Shown here: in pieces, positions 61,984-64,000 of the stretch
How positions within the stretch are numbered: position 1 is the first letter of the stretch
How the letters are laid out: every line of letters starts with the position of its first letter
Assembly (NCBI GenBank): GCA_016218765.1
Contig: JACRCZ010000085.1
Location: forward strand, 871 to 64,870
DNA length: 64,000 bases
Direction of reading: 5' to 3'
From: Deltaproteobacteria bacterium
Lineage (GTDB): Bacteria; Myxococcota_A; Polyangia; DRWM01; JAAZOP01
Translations under genes and position numbers: made by a program
Notes under the pieces: model-generated
Told to the model about the DNA's origin: nothing
What the model saw: only the letters and a program-made list of their open reading frames with translations
Databases searched by the model: none

Positions 61984-63357
61984 GTGGCACGAATCCTGGT
62001 TGTCGACGACGAGCCCAACGTACGCAAGATGTTGCGCGCGCTGCTCACGTCGCACGGTTTCGAGCTGGACGAGGCGGCGGACGGGGAGGCGGCGCTGGCG
62101 CGGGTGCGGGAGGAGCCGCCGGACTTCGTGCTGGCGGACGTGCGCATGCCGAAGATGGACGGCATCACGTTGTCGCGGGAGATCGCGGCGCTCGACCTGC
62201 CCACGACGGTGATCGTGATGAGCGCGTACGGCACGGTGGAAACGGCGATCGAGGCGATGCGGGCGGGGGCGTACGACTACATCATGAAGCCGTTCCGGAC
62301 CGACGAGGTGCTGCTGACGCTGCGCAAGGCGGAGGAGCGGGAGCAGCTGCGGCGGGAGAACCGCGAGCTGCGGCGGCGGGTGTCGTCGCAGGCGGTCGAG
62401 CCGCCGATCGAGTTCTCGGGCCTGTTGGCGCGCTCGGCGGCGATGCAGCGGGTCTTCAAGACCGTCGCCAAGCTGGCCGACGTGAAGACCACGGTGCTCC
62501 TGAGCGGGGAGAGCGGCACGGGCAAGGAGCTGGTGGCGCGGGCTCTGCACGAGCGTTCGCTGCGGGCGGCGCGGCCGTTCGTGGCGGTGAACTGCGGCGC
62601 CATTCCGGAGACGCTGCTGGAGAGCGAGCTGTTCGGGTACCGCCGCGGCGCGTTCACGGGGGCCGATCGCGACAAGCGCGGATTGATCGAGGAGGCCGAC
62701 CAGGGGACGCTGTTCCTGGACGAGGTGGCGGAGATCCCGGCGTCGCTGCAGGTCAAGCTGCTGCGCGTGCTGCAGGAGGAGACGATCCGGCCGCTGGGCG
62801 ACACGGCCGACCGCAAGGTCGACGTGCGCTTCCTGGCCGCGACCGGGCGGGACCTCGCGGAGGACGTCGCCGCGGGCCGGTTCCGCGAGGATCTCTACTA
62901 CCGGCTGAACGTGCTGGCCGTCGAGCTGCCCCCGTTGCGGGCGCGCAAGGAGGATGTGTTGATCCTGGCCGAGCACTTCCTCGACCGGGAGTGCGCGAAC
63001 CTGGGCAAGCGCCGCATCGACCTCGCGCCCGACGCGCGCCGCGCGCTCCTGGACTACCCGTGGCCCGGCAACGTCCGCGAGCTGGAGAACGCGATCGAGC
63101 GGGCGGTGGTGCTGGCGGAGGGCGAGCGCATCGGGGCGAGCGACCTGCCGGGGCGGATCCTGGCGGGCCGCGACCCGATCCGCGCGTTCCTGGCGTCGGG
63201 CGAGCTGTCGGTGAAGAAGACGGAGCGTTTCGTCGAGGAGACGTTGATCCGGCGGGCGCTGGAGGAGACGGGGGGCAACCGCACGGCGGCGGCGAGGCTG
63301 CTGGAGATCAGCCACCGGGCCTTGTTGTACAAGATGAAGGAGTACGGGATCCGCTGA
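61984..63357 (+). CDS. sigma54-dependent response regulator (NtrC family)
   Basis: Receiver (ILVVDDE, LADVRMPKMDG, MSAY). AAA+ domain (GESGTGKE, GAFTGA sigma54 contact, LFLDEV, RVLQE, FREDLYYRLNV). C-terminal Fis-type HTH (NRTAAARLLEISHRALLYKM). GTG start. Confidence 0.9.
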   Translation: MARILVVDDEPNVRKMLRALLTSHGFELDEAADGEAALARVREEPPDFVLADVRMPKMDGITLSREIAALDLPTTVIVMSAYGTVETAIEAMRAGAYDYIMKPFRTDEVLLTLRKAEEREQLRRENRELRRRVSSQAVEPPIEFSGLLARSAAMQRVFKTVAKLADVKTTVLLSGESGTGKELVARALHERSLRAARPFVAVNCGAIPETLLESELFGYRRGAFTGADRDKRGLIEEADQGTLFLDEVAEIPASLQVKLLRVLQEETIRPLGDTADRKVDVRFLAATGRDLAEDVAAGRFREDLYYRLNVLAVELPPLRARKEDVLILAEHFLDRECANLGKRRIDLAPDARRALLDYPWPGNVRELENAIERAVVLAEGERIGASDLPGRILAGRDPIRAFLASGELSVKKTERFVEETLIRRALEETGGNRTAAARLLEISHRALLYKMKEYGIR

Positions 63358-63446
63358 GTGCGCGGGGCGGCGGGTGCCGGGAACAAATCGCCTCCCGGAC
63401 CGGTTCATGCTATAAGCTCGCCGGCCGCGGGCCGCTTGGAGGTTGG

Positions 63447-63920
63447 ATGGTTCGTTCTGCCGCAATCGTCCCGGTGCTCCTCGTCCTGGCGGGCTGCGCC
63501 AAGGATCTGATCCCGAACACCGAGGTCGAGAACACGCCGGACAACCGGGCCGTGATCGACTTCTGCGAGGAATACCGCATCGCGCTGGAGGCCAAGGACT
63601 TCGCGAAGATCGTGGCCTTGACGGCCGACGACTACTACGAGGACGGCGCCTCGCCGCCCGGCACGGACGACTACGATCGCGCCGGCCTGCAGGCGCGGCT
63701 GGCGGGCCGCTTCACGCGGGTCGAGGAAGTGCGCTACGACATCCGCTACCGGCGGGTGGTCTACTTCCCGGATCGGGTCGAGGTCTACTACTCGTTCTAC
63801 GGTCGTTTCCAGGTCGCCGGCGACGCGGGCGACGAGTCGCGCTGGTTCAGCGAGGTCGGCGACAACCGCCTCGTCTTGCGGCGCACGCCCGACGGCTACA
63901 AGATCCTGAGCGGTCTGTGA
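63447..63920 (+). CDS. small lipoprotein (possibly SnoaL/NTF2-like fold)
   Basis: Lipobox VLLVLAGC. GGAGG upstream. 157 aa. Confidence 0.6.
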   Translation: MVRSAAIVPVLLVLAGCAKDLIPNTEVENTPDNRAVIDFCEEYRIALEAKDFAKIVALTADDYYEDGASPPGTDDYDRAGLQARLAGRFTRVEEVRYDIRYRRVVYFPDRVEVYYSFYGRFQVAGDAGDESRWFSEVGDNRLVLRRTPDGYKILSGL

Positions 63921-64000
63921 CGAGCTTCTTTCGCCGTCTGGAGCCGGCCCACTGGATCGCGCTGGGTGCCGCCCTGCTGCTCCTGCCGCGACTCGGTCAG
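63917..64000 (+). CDS. 5' end of a membrane protein gene (truncated by the window)
   Basis: GTG overlaps the previous stop (GTGA). VTSFFRRLEPAHWIALGAALLLLPRLGQ is hydrophobic. Confidence 0.25.
   Translation, partial: MTSFFRRLEPAHWIALGAALLLLPRLGQ

Overview
This is a high-GC (~70%) bacterial chromosome segment. The gene repertoire looks Myxococcota-like: an MglA-type GTPase, PilZ, FHA/DUF4388, a sigma54 activator and many lipoproteins. The taxon is inference only. Core content includes SbcDC and AddAB double-strand-break nucleases, RNase G, GlmS, ThiL, an Opp/Dpp-type ABC importer, an RlmN-like methyltransferase and several sensor kinases. Two tRNA-targeted mobile islands are present. (i) The right end of an element abutting tRNA-Gly(GCC), at least 8 kb with its left end outside the window. 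It carries a degenerate RecA paralog, a DnaN-like sliding-clamp homolog, RadC/JAB, XRE, Xis and a tyrosine integrase. (ii) A complete 9.5-kb element bounded by a perfect 43-bp direct repeat derived from the 3' half of an initiator-type tRNA-Met(CAT). It carries Int, Xis, an HUH rolling-circle Rep, a serine recombinase, an RHH protein and TerS/TerL but no virion genes, so it looks like a phage satellite. This second island is my best candidate for an undescribed system. Other notable items are a radical-SAM/SPASM enzyme next to a probably secreted protein with four Pro-flanked TCY motifs, and two families of dispersed short tandem repeats. One is a 7-mer array with a copy inside addB; the other is 10-mer arrays in divergent promoter regions. 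All homology calls come from motif recognition by eye; no database search was run. Many long ORFs in the track are antisense or off-frame artefacts of the high GC content.
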